64,000 nucleotides of DNA, from assembly GCA_964036045.1 (NCBI GenBank), contig OZ038378.1:168516001-168580000 (forward strand), in the 5' to 3' direction. The translations under genes were made by a program, and so were the position numbers. Below are positions 23,386 through 36,000 of this stretch, piece by piece (position 1 is the stretch's first letter; every line of letters starts with the position of its first letter). This DNA comes from Eutreptiella sp. 'Long Island Sound 2002' (Eukaryota > Protista > Euglenida). The notes under the pieces were generated by a model that did not search any database, was not told the DNA's origin, and saw only the letters and a program-made list of their open reading frames with translations.

Positions 23386-23997
23386 AAGACACACACTGTG
23401 TCTGAAACAGAAAACAGAACATCATGTCTGACTACATTAATCAGACAATCACAGTCAGTAGCTGTCAGTCAGACATCAGCAATCAGTGTCGGATAAAGAC
23501 ACCATGCATTACCGGCCTGGCCGAAAAGAGCAACCCGCCGCTTGCCGGCTGGAGAAGACTCCTGGGGGGTGTGACCTAATTAAAAAACAGACAAATGCCC
23601 AAGGGCGGGGGGGTACGTACACAATTATTACGGTCCCTACACCTACTGTACCTTGGACAAAGGCGTGGCTTATACAAGGGGGGGGGGGGTAATTGTCTTC
23701 ATGGACATGGAATTTTGGTAACATCTGGCATGTCCATTCGTAAACAGGTAGAGGCGTGACAACGGTGGAATCAGTTTGTGCACACACCTCGCAACACTCC
23801 TCAACTTTCCCCTGTTCCCCCCTGTTTTTCATGGTCTCTTTGCCAAATGACATTTCCTCCTGGGGGAGTATTCGCACCGCGCGTGCACCACATCCGCGAC
23901 GCGTCAGGTATTTGAACAACTTCCCTAGGAGATGGTCCACTGGGAGAGGAGTTGTAAATGGTACCTGGTGGGCTCTTGCGGTATTACCATTCCCCCT

Positions 23998-24160
23998 GAT
24001 TGGCTCTGGATGATTGCTGTTATTTCCTGGTGGGCCGTGGATGGTCATTGTTATTTCCTGGTGGGCTCTGGATGGATGTTGTTCTTTCCTGGTGGGCTCT
24101 GGATGGTCACTTTTATTTTCTGATGGGCTCTGGATGGATGCTGTTATTTCCTGATGGGCC
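23998..24160. repeat. 31-bp minisatellite x5
   Basis: tttcctggtggg..tggatgg recurs at 24023, 24054, 24085 and in further degenerate units. Confidence 0.9.
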
Positions 24161-27100
24161 CTCTTGATGAAAGTGTCAGCGCTAACGTGTGAGGGCCCCC
24201 TTGGGCAAGCTCACATGCAAACGAAGTCAACAAAGCACACAGAACTGACACCCCTGCATGAAGCCATGAGAGAGACATAGCTCTGTTCAAACAAGGGGAC
24301 AGAATTCTGCAATAAAATTTTGAAACCAACAGGCCTACAAACTAGGGAACATGGCAAAAGGCATTGCAAAAGCAAAAACAAGGCACACATGCAGATTGGG
24401 GATGTCTTGGCCCCCCAAAATGGGCGCAGTTGCCTCTAAATTGGCTGAAAGGGCCTACAGAACAACCCCAGTACCCGCACCGCGCGCGCACCGTGTCTGA
24501 TACTCCCCCCCTCTGTTACTCTTTGTTCCTTTGTAAAAAAGCCTCCCTGTTCACGGATGCCAAACAGCGTTTCATCGCCCTTGGTTGTCAGGGTTTGGCA
24601 AACATGGACCTGTGGCCATGAGTAAAACTCAGACAGCTGCTGCTGTAACTTCCAGAATCGTCTTGGAAAAGGAACCTGTGTATGCACAAAGGAAGTCACA
24701 ACGAAAATACCTGATACCCACACTGAAACTTTTCATCGAAAAAACTCAGGGAGAGGGGGCTGGAAATGCAGCAAAAAACACAAGCAGAAACAGACCCCGT
24801 ATTCCCTGCAAAAGAGCAAGCATGAATTGCAATGTGACAGCAGATGTACTTAGATGACCCGTTGTGGTAGAATCCCAGCCAACTTTGAAAACATGTGGTT
24901 CCAAGAACAATTGATTGTCTGTAGGGGACAGCTGAATGAAGAACGCCCATGTGCTCAAGATTTGCTTTACAATTCATGGCAAGATGTCTGTTGCTGAATC
25001 TGTCCATTTCCTCCCATATCAAAGACTTGGAGAGAAAAAGGCATTCAGACAAAGAGGACAGACAAATGGGAGGAAAATGAGGTTGACACCACACCAGCAG
25101 TAGCAAATTTAAAAGGTGTAATGAGATAAATGCCATGCAATGTGATGCCATAAATGTGCCCAACGAACAGCCCTCACATGGATTATCCTGCTCACCTGCA
25201 CACCAGCAGCACCACATTGACATGCCCTGTTAAATAATCTGTTTATGAATGCAAAAGTGGACATTCACAAGAGAAGGGCTCTTGACCACTGCAGTAAATG
25301 GAGAACCCCACCCTCTGGGAGCCCAATGCACAACCTCTGGTGGCCAGTCCCCATGGGTTATCCTGGTTGCAGACCCTGAGACATTTTGAGGGAGGTCTCA
25401 ATGCACTGACTTCACAGTACACATGGCTCATGTCATCTGAAAATCACAGTCGAGCAAAGCCAGATGCACACAGAACATCGGCCCAATATTAATTGACATA
25501 CCTAACCCAAAACGAAAAGCAGCAATGGTGCAGCAATGCAGTGATGCATCTAAATTATTCTGTACACAAATGCTGGAGGCAAGAATACCAAATTTCAGTG
25601 GTATCTTTCTGAGATTTCTTTTCTTTACTGGCTGTGTGTCAACATCCTTGCTGCAACAGCCACCGGATGCTTCCCTCAACTCCTCTCGCTCAGCCTTCTC
25701 TCATTTTCGCCTTAACTCCTCCTCCAGGGGATAGTAGAGCAGTAGGTGGATTCATGAAACATTGCACAGCAACCATGTAAGAAAAGGATACACCATGACT
25801 TCTGGGGCTGGCGTTCAGGGACCGGTTTATGTCTCTGTTGGCATGTCCATTAGGGGCGGATAACACAACATTCTGTTCACATGCGATGTGTGCACACATG
25901 TGCAGATACTGTTTGTGGAAGCTACAACCCTTGAAATTGGCCATATAAGGCCAGCAAAGCTCCCGAACAGGCCAGTGTTACATGTGCCACACAAAATGTG
26001 CAAACAAACTGATTTGGCCACCCTGTACTGCATGTATGACACAAATCCAAGAAACTCTGCAAGATGGACTGTTAATGCTGCAAAGATGAAGTGCAGGGGT
26101 CTTCCAACAAGTGTACCACACCCTGTTCCTCAGCTGGATGCAAACCAACCTGCTGCCCTATTCACATAATCCACAGATTACAAAGATGAAACGTGACGTT
26201 AAACACAAATCATAGGGCTGTGCGTCACTAAGGGCTATTTGCCTTCTAAGTCAGTCAAGCAATCAATCATCCTGCTGTCAACTTGCCGTCATCATAGATC
26301 CTGCTGTCGACATTGTCTTTGCATCTCAGCCACTCCAAATAGCTACCCCAAGCGCCAAAGCCCCGAAATGCAACACAACACAAATGTTGAATAACCCTTA
26401 CCCAGCATCCCCCAACTGGATGGCGAACACCCAGCCAACCTGGACACCCCAAAGTACGCTTCCCCTTCCTCAGCAGTGCTTCTTTTGGCAGAGTGCGATT
26501 GCAGGCCCAAAGGAAGTTACTTCCCCAAAGGGGTGCTGCAATTCCACCATGGAGATAGGGGGTAATAAGAAACAATTCAAATGCAGCAGTCGAGGGTTAC
26601 AACGTGGGAAGGATGCTGTGCAACGCCACCCCTATCCGAGTCGACACGACAGGCTGGTTAAAGAAAAGCACCTCCTTGGAATTCAAAGTTAGACACCAAA
26701 CACTCATGGTAATTATCACCTCATATCATGCAAGGATCGCGCACCATTTAGTCGGTGAGATTTGCCCTCCGTCGGCATACTGTACAGCTTGCCAAATGGT
26801 ACCTTGAGATGGTTAGTGGAGTCAACCCAAATGTCTCGTCGCACCACCAAACTGTTGCCCGAACTAAACAGTAAACTTAAACTTATTGCTGCCCCAAACA
26901 CAAATCACATGCGAGATCTGAAGGGGGTGCAATGTGGGCCACCAAATATATTGAGCTATCCGTTCAGACCAGACACAAACTCAGTGGTACAAGCGCCGCT
27001 AGGAGCTGCCGCTAGGAGCTGCTGGGACAGTGGTACGCAGCAGTGCAGCAGTGCAGCGCACCCAGGCTGCACTGCTGCGTGTAGCTGATGGTACAAAATG

Positions 27101-28799
27101 GAGGGCGAGCGCAAATGGTCAGCTGATCACTTTTGCATGTGGCGGAAGATGCAGCAGGCAGAGATGCAGCCCACCTCTGCGGTGCTGGACACACAAACAC
27201 CATCATCAGCTGAACGTAGTCCCGGGAATTGCTGCAATTTTCCGCCTTACTGCTGCGTGCTGCTCCCTGTACGAAACTAAAATCATGGATTGTTGCCCAA
27301 CAAAGGATCGGCAACTTGAAAAATCGGTCTATCATGCATCGTAATCATGCATCAACCAAATAAACACCCGTTGCGAGGCGTAAGCCCCTCACGCTACATA
27401 AGTATAAGAGGCACCAGGTCATGCATCTCAAACATCAGCTGCCCATTGCCGCAACACCCTTTACTATGTGTTGAATGGGATGAAGACAAAGGCAGGAGCC
27501 TGTGAAGCCGCTTTGGGAGGGTGCCATTGTCCTGAGTCTTACATGATTGCACAAGTCTTCTCCTTCTTTTGCTTCTGTTGAAGAGGCTGCAGAACAATAG
27601 AGTTATGGAGAAAGCACCCACAGCTTCACGCCATACTGCCGCGCCCCCAAATCCCAGGTATATGCATTGCCCCACAAAGAAACGCACCAAACAAGGACCA
27701 GCAAAGAAGCGACCTTTTTTGGCGTCTTGTGGTGTTGTTTTGCACTCTGTGAGTCTGTGTATTTGATGGCTGCCGGTGGAATATTTGGGCTTCGATATTG
27801 GCTATGGGTGGTGGGTTGCAGTCAAGACTAAAATGCCACAATCCATCAATCACCCTCTCCAAGTTTGCTGCAATCCATTTTGTGTGGTTTTTTTTTGTGT
27901 TGCCAAAGGCACCAAATGATAACAGCACATATGTAGGTATGTAAGTTAAAACATACAAGCCTGGTTTGTCTTGTGTCTTTTTTTCCTGGAAACTGAGCAG
28001 ATGAGAGAGGTTACAATTCCAATGAGGTCCCATGATTTAGACTGTCTACAATTAGCACTGCATCAACAATGATTGGGAGAACAAGAATTTAAACACACTC
28101 TCACCCGTATCCTCTGTGGGCCCTAAGGGCTGTTTGGTGCCTTTCATGCATCATGCCCACAGATACACGGGCAGGTTTGGATATTGCACAGAGCAGGGTC
28201 ACACGGTGTGATAAACATGAAGCCCATTGACTTGATCAGAAGGTCTCGAACTTCTGTTCTGCATCCTCCCTGCGCTCAAATTAGACGTCATCACAAGCAA
28301 TCCCCACCCCGACTCATGCTGACTGTCTGCTGACTCCTTGGTGTTGGGGTTTATACCATTGACGTGTATCCGTTGAATGGCAAATGGCGGTTGTTCGGGC
28401 AGAAAATATAGCCAGTGTGGCTGCACATGAAAAATGCCTTTCCCGTGGATCCGGTGGGGCTGCACACGCAGCATCGACATGACTGCGATGGCGGGGGCGT
28501 CAGCCGGGTACCCGGTGGCACCCGTCTGGGCATTTGGCTGAGCCACGACTGCAGTCTGGGAGGGTGGCTGGGCAACCTAGGCGGCAGAGACATCCCGAGC
28601 GCTGCTCGAGGGCATGTCCTCTTGGGGAGGAAAATGGACGCGACTGGCCGTGCCACCGGGGCCCATAGCAAGGCCAAATCGCGGCTGCGTTTTGCGCAAC
28701 GCACGGGGGTCAGGCTCCCAAATGGTCCACGTCTCCTAATGTCTCCCATACCTGGGGACTTGCTGCTGCTCAAGCGTCCCCAAAATTTTCTTGAGCAGC

Positions 28800-30273
28800 G
28801 GGTCAGTGGGGGGGTCGATGTGAGTGGCGTTGGGCAGCACGTTGGCATGCTCTGTCGGGGGTCCACTGCGTGAACAGGGCCCCTTGCATGTCTTGGCCGG
28901 GGGGGGGGGGGACCATGGTGGCGGGCGGTGCTCACCATGACGAGGACCCCCCCTTAGTTGAGGAGGACCTCGACCCACCTGTCCACCTGGGCTTCCCCCA
29001 AGGCCGTTTCCAGGCATGCACAGGCGGTACCGGGGGAGAGGGCCACAAAACTAGAGAGGTGGCAGTCCGACATTGACCTGTCAGACGGGGGGAGGATGTG
29101 GGGGGCGGTGGAGGTGTCCGTGTGGGCCAGCTGATCGCCGGACTCTACACCGGACACGATGACGGAACCGGGGGGCATGGGGTGAACGAATGCGAAGGGG
29201 GCAGGCATCCTATCCTTTAGCTTGGTTACGAGTTTTTTGAACATGCTCCCAGCCAGGGCCTCTGTCTTAGACGCTCTGGATTGGTAGCGCTGGGGCAGGG
29301 AGGGATCAGCCCTTTGTTGTTCCACGGTTTTTTGGTTAAACACAACATTGAAAAGCTGTGGAACTTTGTTACCCCCCCCCCCCCCGCCCCAGATTTTCTC
29401 CACCCATTTCCAAGCCACCTTGCAGTCGGCGCAACTGAGGGTGTCTCCGTTCACCGTATACCCAAGCCCGTCAACAAAGTTGAGGGGCATGGGAGGTGCG
29501 GGACAGTCGAGGAGGAGGGAGGGGCTAGCGGTTGCATAGGCGGGGGGGTCCGGCAAGGGGGCGGTTCACAAACGGGGTTCGGGGGTCATGAAGGGGGGTG
29601 GGGGTCGGCCAATCCCCGATACCAACTCAACCCACACATCTGATGGAGCGTGGGAAGAGTGATGTCGGGGATGTGGTGGAAGGGGGGGCTCAGGGTGGGC
29701 GGGGAAGAGCCCCAAGTCATCCCACCACTGAGCAGTGGCAGTGTGCCACTGAAAGGGGAAACAAGAATGGCCCCCCTTTGGTTCCTCGGGAGGGAAGTAC
29801 TCGTTCACGGCGATCATATCCATGTGCAGGGGGCAGCGGACAAGGTTAGTGGTGGGGTAGATCCGACAAACCCCCGATTTCAACTTGCCCGACCCGTGCA
29901 TAGACATGACCCCCAAGAGGGAGTCAACCGTTTTGGGGGCGGGAACAAGGCGGACGGCCCTCACCTTAGGGAGGGCCAGCTGCAGTTGTTGCCACAGGTC
30001 TGTGGCCGATCCCTTCTTGCGAAGAGCACCCGCACGCTCGGATTCCCTCATGTCAATATGGATAAGGGTGGGAGAGGGGTTCAAACCCTTTGCCCATTCC
30101 ACCACCTCCCCCACCAGCAGGCCCCCCGTGTATGTGGCCTCCTCCAGCGTATGCGGGCGGCGGGGGAGGCCCAGGAAGTGGGCGTGGCTGTCGGCGGCTA
30201 GGTTGCGCAGGCTACCATGTTGCAATAGGGCCATTGCAAAAGAAATCAGAGTTGTACAGGGGGACAAAGGCAT
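28800..30273 (-). pseudogene. Degenerate ORF with 2OG-Fe(II) dioxygenase-like domain and an unassigned (possibly Ulp1/C48-like) N-terminal domain; probably mobile-element cargo
   Basis: One frame broken by TGA (29566-29568) and TAA (28954-28956); contains SVIVSGVESGDQLAHTD...HLSSFVALSP...VEVLLN*GGVLVMVSTARHHG (HxD...H triad pattern), then after a C-run slip GQDMQGALFTQWTPD. Confidence 0.5.
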
Positions 30274-30604
30274 GGAAAGGTGCTAAACTTAAAACAAAAT
30301 TGTGCATATTCGCGCGATCTTCGCGCGAATGGGAATTACATGTGAATGCTAACAAGACATGCGTGCGAGACATGCGAATATGCGCGCGAATTTAACATTT
30401 TTTTGTGAATCTAAGCGGCGTTAGCAACCACTCGAGCTACACTTTGCTTGAGTTTATTTTTCTTCAATTTTTGCCGAAGTAAGCACGGCAAACGGGCAAA
30501 CGGGCACGGAATAACGGGCAAAACGGGCCAAAAGCATGCGACGTGTGCATGTTCATTCAAAAGCGCGGTTGGCAAAAGGTACATATATCCTTGTGTCTGC
30601 AACC

Positions 30605-33007
30605 GTCTAGAGTGGACCCGTTTTGATGTCAGTTTGGTGTGAAAGTAAATTTTGGCCTGTGACAATGGATGACAACGACGGATGTTCCCAAAATGGGCCA
30701 CTTGGTGGTGCATGGCTCAGGACAAATTCTCTGCAATGTGGACTTGTCGAAGGCAATAAAATTTCCATGGGGGCATGATGAGTGCTGAAATGTGCCAAAT
30801 TGAAATGCTTATGGATTTTGTTGGTTTGACGGTTTGTTGGTTTGTTGGTTTGATGGTTGTGGTGCAACCATGTGGGAGAGTTCGTCATAGTCATTGACAC
30901 AAGCAAATATCAAGTGCGGTGTGGTTGTACTGGATAGAAATTCTGAAGCTAGTGATTTTGTTTCCAACGACCACCACCAGCCTCCTACTTTAGTAGGGAT
31001 GTGTTTGACTGTAGATTGGCACTGGTAGTGGGCAACTCTGTGGTAGGCTGCAAACCCATGTAGGAAGTTTAAATATGTTGCCAAATTCTATTGCCTTCGG
31101 TAGTGCACCTCGAAGAGAGCCTGACAGTCAGCCAATCGGTCAGTTACTCAGGCAAGCAGTCGGTCAGGCAGTTAGTCGGGCAAGCACACAAGCAGACATG
31201 CAGACAAAAACACGCAGTTTGGGTTTGTTCAGTGGCGGACTCTGTAGTGGGGAGCCCGAAGTGCAGCAGAACAGTCAGCGGTCAAGTGATAATGCAATCG
31301 ACAGCCAAGAGTCATGTCGGCGGTTCGATTCCCAGCCGACAGATCGCCGACTGTGCCGGCCAACCTGCAACCTTTGTTGTACCCGACCCTCTTTCAAATC
31401 GTTCTAAGTACAAACTTTTGAACCCCCCCACCCCCCCCCCACCCCCAACCTCCCCCCCCCCCCCGAAATTGATATCCAATTTCAGGGAATAGAGGCTTCA
31501 GAATCAAAAAATCCATTGGGGGATTGTTTTATTGGGCAAAATAATGATTTTACAAAGGGGGTTGGACATTCAATATCATGCCTTGGGGTATGCTACGCGA
31601 ATGACCCCCAAAAACGGAGGGGTATACGACGCACGCGCTTGATCAAACAACCTCTCTTCGAGATGATTTGGTGTAGAACATTGGAACAACAAGTTTTTGG
31701 CCTCTTTTTGGTATAGGCTCTGCATGCGGCATATTGTGAACAAAATGAGGAACACTTAGAGCACTAGAAAATGATAGCATCATGTGCACGCAGTACTTGT
31801 AACAACCACAACCTATGACAATTATCACCAGGCTTTCGGGACAGTGGAGAATTTTTGGTTTGCCATTCGTTGCAGTTGGGTTACATGTAGGGCAACAAAT
31901 AGCACTACCCCTGGTGTTGTTCTTGATACAGGGGGTAGGGCTTCTGTGAAGGGAGGGTTTTGTGTGGGAAATTTGGCATTTCAATTGTGTGCGAAATTTC
32001 CCACACGATTTTTAGGCCACTTTGCAAAATAAAATTGTGTTGAAATTTAGCAGTGTTTTTTGTCGTGCAAGCGTCTTTGCTAAGCGGACTCAGCACTTGT
32101 ATGGGGTACAATCAAGTTCTGTGAGTGCAAAGCCTCTCGGCGTGAATAATTCCTTGCAACCGTCTAGATTGGACCCGTTGTGACGTCGGCTTGGTGTGAA
32201 AGTGACGTCATTTTTTCTCCGATGCGGAGAACAGGGATGTGCTCGTTTCAACAACCAAAAAAAATTGTTCCGTTCTGTTGCTTGCCTGTGTTAACATGTC
32301 TTCTGGAGCACTGGTTTTTTTTTACCGCGTTTCAAACGTAAGATTTTACAGCTAGAGGTGATTGGTAGTTCAACAACAACGAAATTCAGATTTTCCCCTG
32401 CATGGAGAACGGTTCTCTGTTGAATGTTTCCAAAAATTGGGGTGTGTTTTGTGTGTAACACCCTCTATTGACACTGCTGTAGCCAATTTATTCAACACTT
32501 TTTGATGCCTTTTGACCCGTCCAAAGAGTGCGTCAGTCATATGACTAGCATGTTTTGCTTAGGGTGTGACAGTCCATATCACCCCCAACTACAATTTCAC
32601 TACTAAAGAAGGGGTTCCATACAGCTCAAACACCTCGTTTTAGACAAGAAACTTGGGAGAGAACTGCACCTGAGTGACAGCAATAGGATATTTGGCTTAT
32701 TTTTTACGGTTGAAGCACCGTACAACTTAGGGGTTTGTTTAAAAAAGCTTCTCCCCCAAAACAGGTGCTTCGCTGCAACTTTGTGCATTTTTGTTCACCT
32801 TACGGCGCCCCCTTGTTCAGCCCTGTTCAGGACATCCCCAGGCATAGTGCATCCCAAGCTGATTGGGGATTGAATGCTGGATGCTAATGATGGATGATCC
32901 CAACAATCCGAGATGTTGAATCTGAACCAATTCCAAAAACCACTCATGCTTTGTGTCTACAATTGTCTAGGGTGGACAGGTTTTGATGTCACTTGTGCGT
33001 GAAAGTG
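30605..33007 (+). repeat. Three dispersed copies of an about 42-bp motif gtctag..tggac....tttgatgtc..ttggtgtgaaagt
   Basis: Copies at about 30605, 32162 and 32965. Confidence 0.75.
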
Positions 33008-36000
33008 AGTTTTGGCCTAAGAATCTAAAATGCTGACCGTGATTGGGGATGGCATGATGGATGATGACAGAGATGATCCCAAAATCGCAGATGCTGAATC
33101 TGAAATGATTCCAAAAACTACCGATGTTGTGTATGCAATAATCCATTTGGTGTGCACATTGCAAACCCCCATTCAAATCATGCATAGACTTACAAAAGGA
33201 GGATGATATCAGCAATGAGGAGGAAGAAGGAGGTTCCATCTCAGGCACTAGACTGAGTTAATATGCGGTATTCAGTCGGACTCAGCACATCCCAGAAGCG
33301 TGCATGCACAGATATTTAGGTGCGCGCGCATGCACACCTTGTAGAAAGTGTTTTTTCTGTGGAGCAGGGAGCGCAAATACAGATAGAGACGGCGTGCCGG
33401 ACGAGTGGCGAAGCTGAAGCAAGAGGCTGGGCCCGGAAAGCACATCTGCACATATACATGTGCAGATGTACTTGTTTCCAAAGCACCAGCCAATTGTTCG
33501 TACGTCCAGTTTACATCATGCAAAACCCGTTTTTATTGAAATGTAACGCAGCTTGTCAATGCGATTGTAGGCACCCTTTTATTGCGACACTGATTGTGCT
33601 AATACAAGCTGCCACTCTTTGTGCAGGAGGCTGTCGACTCACCGAGGCAACAAAAGCGTCCTTGTTAGGTGTGCTGAGCTGCTGGAGCCCAACTGCAAAA
33701 AAGTGCTCTGAAGTCCCCATATCTCGGCGACTGTTTGCAACGTAGGGGCCCAACTGTGGACCTGGGTACGGGTTACTGAGTGGTGTTAGGGAATGAAATC
33801 AACCGTGCATGGGTTCATGAGAGGTGCGTGTCACTTGCATACAAGTGTACATGGGGGTGAGAACTCATCAGAACGGTTCCCAAGGCAAGTATAGTGGGAC
33901 AAGGGCTCATGTCAAGTAGCCCAATTTTATACAATGTATGAGGTCTGGGCCGCATGTGGCTCGCATTACTGGTCATGCCCAAAGGGTGTGATGTATGATG
34001 TGAAGTGTGATGTGAGCTGCGCAACCCCTAGCATGTCCCCCTCCCTCGTACCACAAGCACGCGCCCCTCCTCCTACTGCGAGGAAGCTGTTGCAGTCGAG
34101 GTGCGTTTCTCAGAAGAGGCAAAAATGGACTGCGGGGGATAGGGTTCTGGACTGCCTTGAGGGCCTAATCCACAGAGGGTCGCAAGCAACAATTGGTCCA
34201 ACACAAACACACGCACAACATACAACGTTCGCATGCGGAGAATTGGCTGAATAACCTGCAACAGAGACGCATGTGCAACAGGAAATTGGAACCTGGCAGA
34301 GGCGGGGCCATGCATTCCCCGCAGAGGTCGCAGTGCCAAGCAAGTATGAAGCAGCGAGGCCGGAAGGGATATGGCCCGTTCTGTACCACCGAACCACATC
34401 CAACCACACAAAGGTACCCTTGGGGGAAGCAACCACCACCTTGGGTTGCACAAGACGCACTCGCACAGCCGTAAGCCCCCAAACCCAGGGCACCGTAAAT
34501 GCACTCTTTTTGAAAACATGCACACAACAGGGCTCTAATCCCCTGAATCGCAAATGTATGGCCAATGAAAATTTTACGGCGCCAGCGTAAACATTGACGA
34601 ATCTCGGTCAAATTTGCGTTTTCTCTCTTCTGAGTTGTATCTCAAAAACACAGTTCCAGCAACGGTTTAAACTACTAGCGCAGGACCTGGACCTTGTTCA
34701 GATATGCTAAGACGGTTCATTGGCAACCCTGGGGGAATGTGTAAAGCAGATCCACAAAAAGACAGATAGCTACAAGTTGCATTTTCAATTTAAAAGACAC
34801 TCCCTAATTGGACAACTCTAATGAGGAAAATATTGGTCAAATGAGCCCCAAACAGTCTGTCATCATTTGTTGTAGAGAGAAACCCTCAATGTAACATCTC
34901 CCTGCAAAAAAGTTTACGGTGCCAGTGCCGTTAAAAAAAAATTCGTCTTCCTACTGATTGGAAACCAATACTATGACCAAAAAATATTTTCTCTGTCTGA
35001 AGGAGAAGGGCAGGAGAAGGGCACAGATGGACAGATTGGGAAAAACTTGCATAGTCCACTTGTACCACTGCTATGCGAACAGTCACCCCCTCTCAGATGT
35101 GGTCAAGCCTGCACACAATGAATCCCCCAGCGGTTGTTACGTCCGACGTCACATCAAAGTCTAAATCCTCATTTGTTGCAGGTGCGGGATCAAAACCCGT
35201 GTATGTGTACTAATGTCGTCCTGCTCGGCAGGGTCCTCATAGACAGGTGTTACAGCACCCACTTCAGTTTTGTCATTTTCCATTGCACCAAATTTGGTGT
35301 CACCGTCACTCAACTCGTCCTCCGGTACGTCGTGGGCTTGGTCCTGGGGTTCTTGGGGTTCCTGACCAGCCGCCGCAAGGGCGGCCGTTGCAGTGACCTC
35401 CTGCTATCAGACGCTACAGGCTCCTAGGCTGCAAGGCAGCGCTTACCACTGTAGGGTGCCATTTTGATGCCTTTTGATGCCGGTGGGTGACACAGAGAGC
35501 CCATTTCAACCAACCCGACGCACATTTTCATCCCATGACCCCGCCCTGTTCCAGACACCCCAACACACATGCAAAAACCACTCCATAGCAAAACAGCATG
35601 CTGCCCATCAACGGGACTTGTTTCTACAGAAAACACAATGTCTACAATGTCTGCAGCATGTGGAAAAATTGCACAGCCTAACAGGAACCCACTCTGTGCA
35701 AAATGCAGTTGAAGGCGCAGTCTGCTGCACAGGTGTTTCGGTGTGTGGTGTTGTTGTAACAACTTTCTAACCATGGAGAAAACGCAACAACAAAGCACCA
35801 TGTTACGGCAGCAACAAAGTAACCCGGACACAAGAATTTTTATTTGCCTATGAATAACCGCCACTAGCTAACACCGTAAGTAGCCAAATAGATGGCCAAT
35901 GAGGTCCTACCACCATACAAAAGGGGTATCAGCTCAGCTTCACCAAAACCCTTGAATTTCATCACTATATATTTGTTGCAGAGCCTCCTATTCACATCTA

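Larger units (their letters stand above)
21651..23672. repeat. Set of split direct repeats (A, B, C) surrounding the RNase H frame
   Basis: A (aaaacggcggttcaacgcccaccccgtgcttagacaaggcc) at 21651, 21921, 23204; B (tacgtacacaattatta.ggtccc.acacctactgtaccttggacaaaggcgtggcttat) at about 21986 and 23614; C (gtgtgacctaattaaaaaacagacaaatgc) at about 23264 and 23568. Confidence 0.92.

Noticed and set aside
20671-24160. Direct repeats and minisatellites as CRISPR-like arrays
   Set aside because: No constant repeat with unique equal-length spacers, eukaryotic context, no cas genes.
24200-28200. Numerous short ORFs (60-175 aa)
   Set aside because: No recognisable motifs or consistent splice chain; may hold decayed exons but unsupported.
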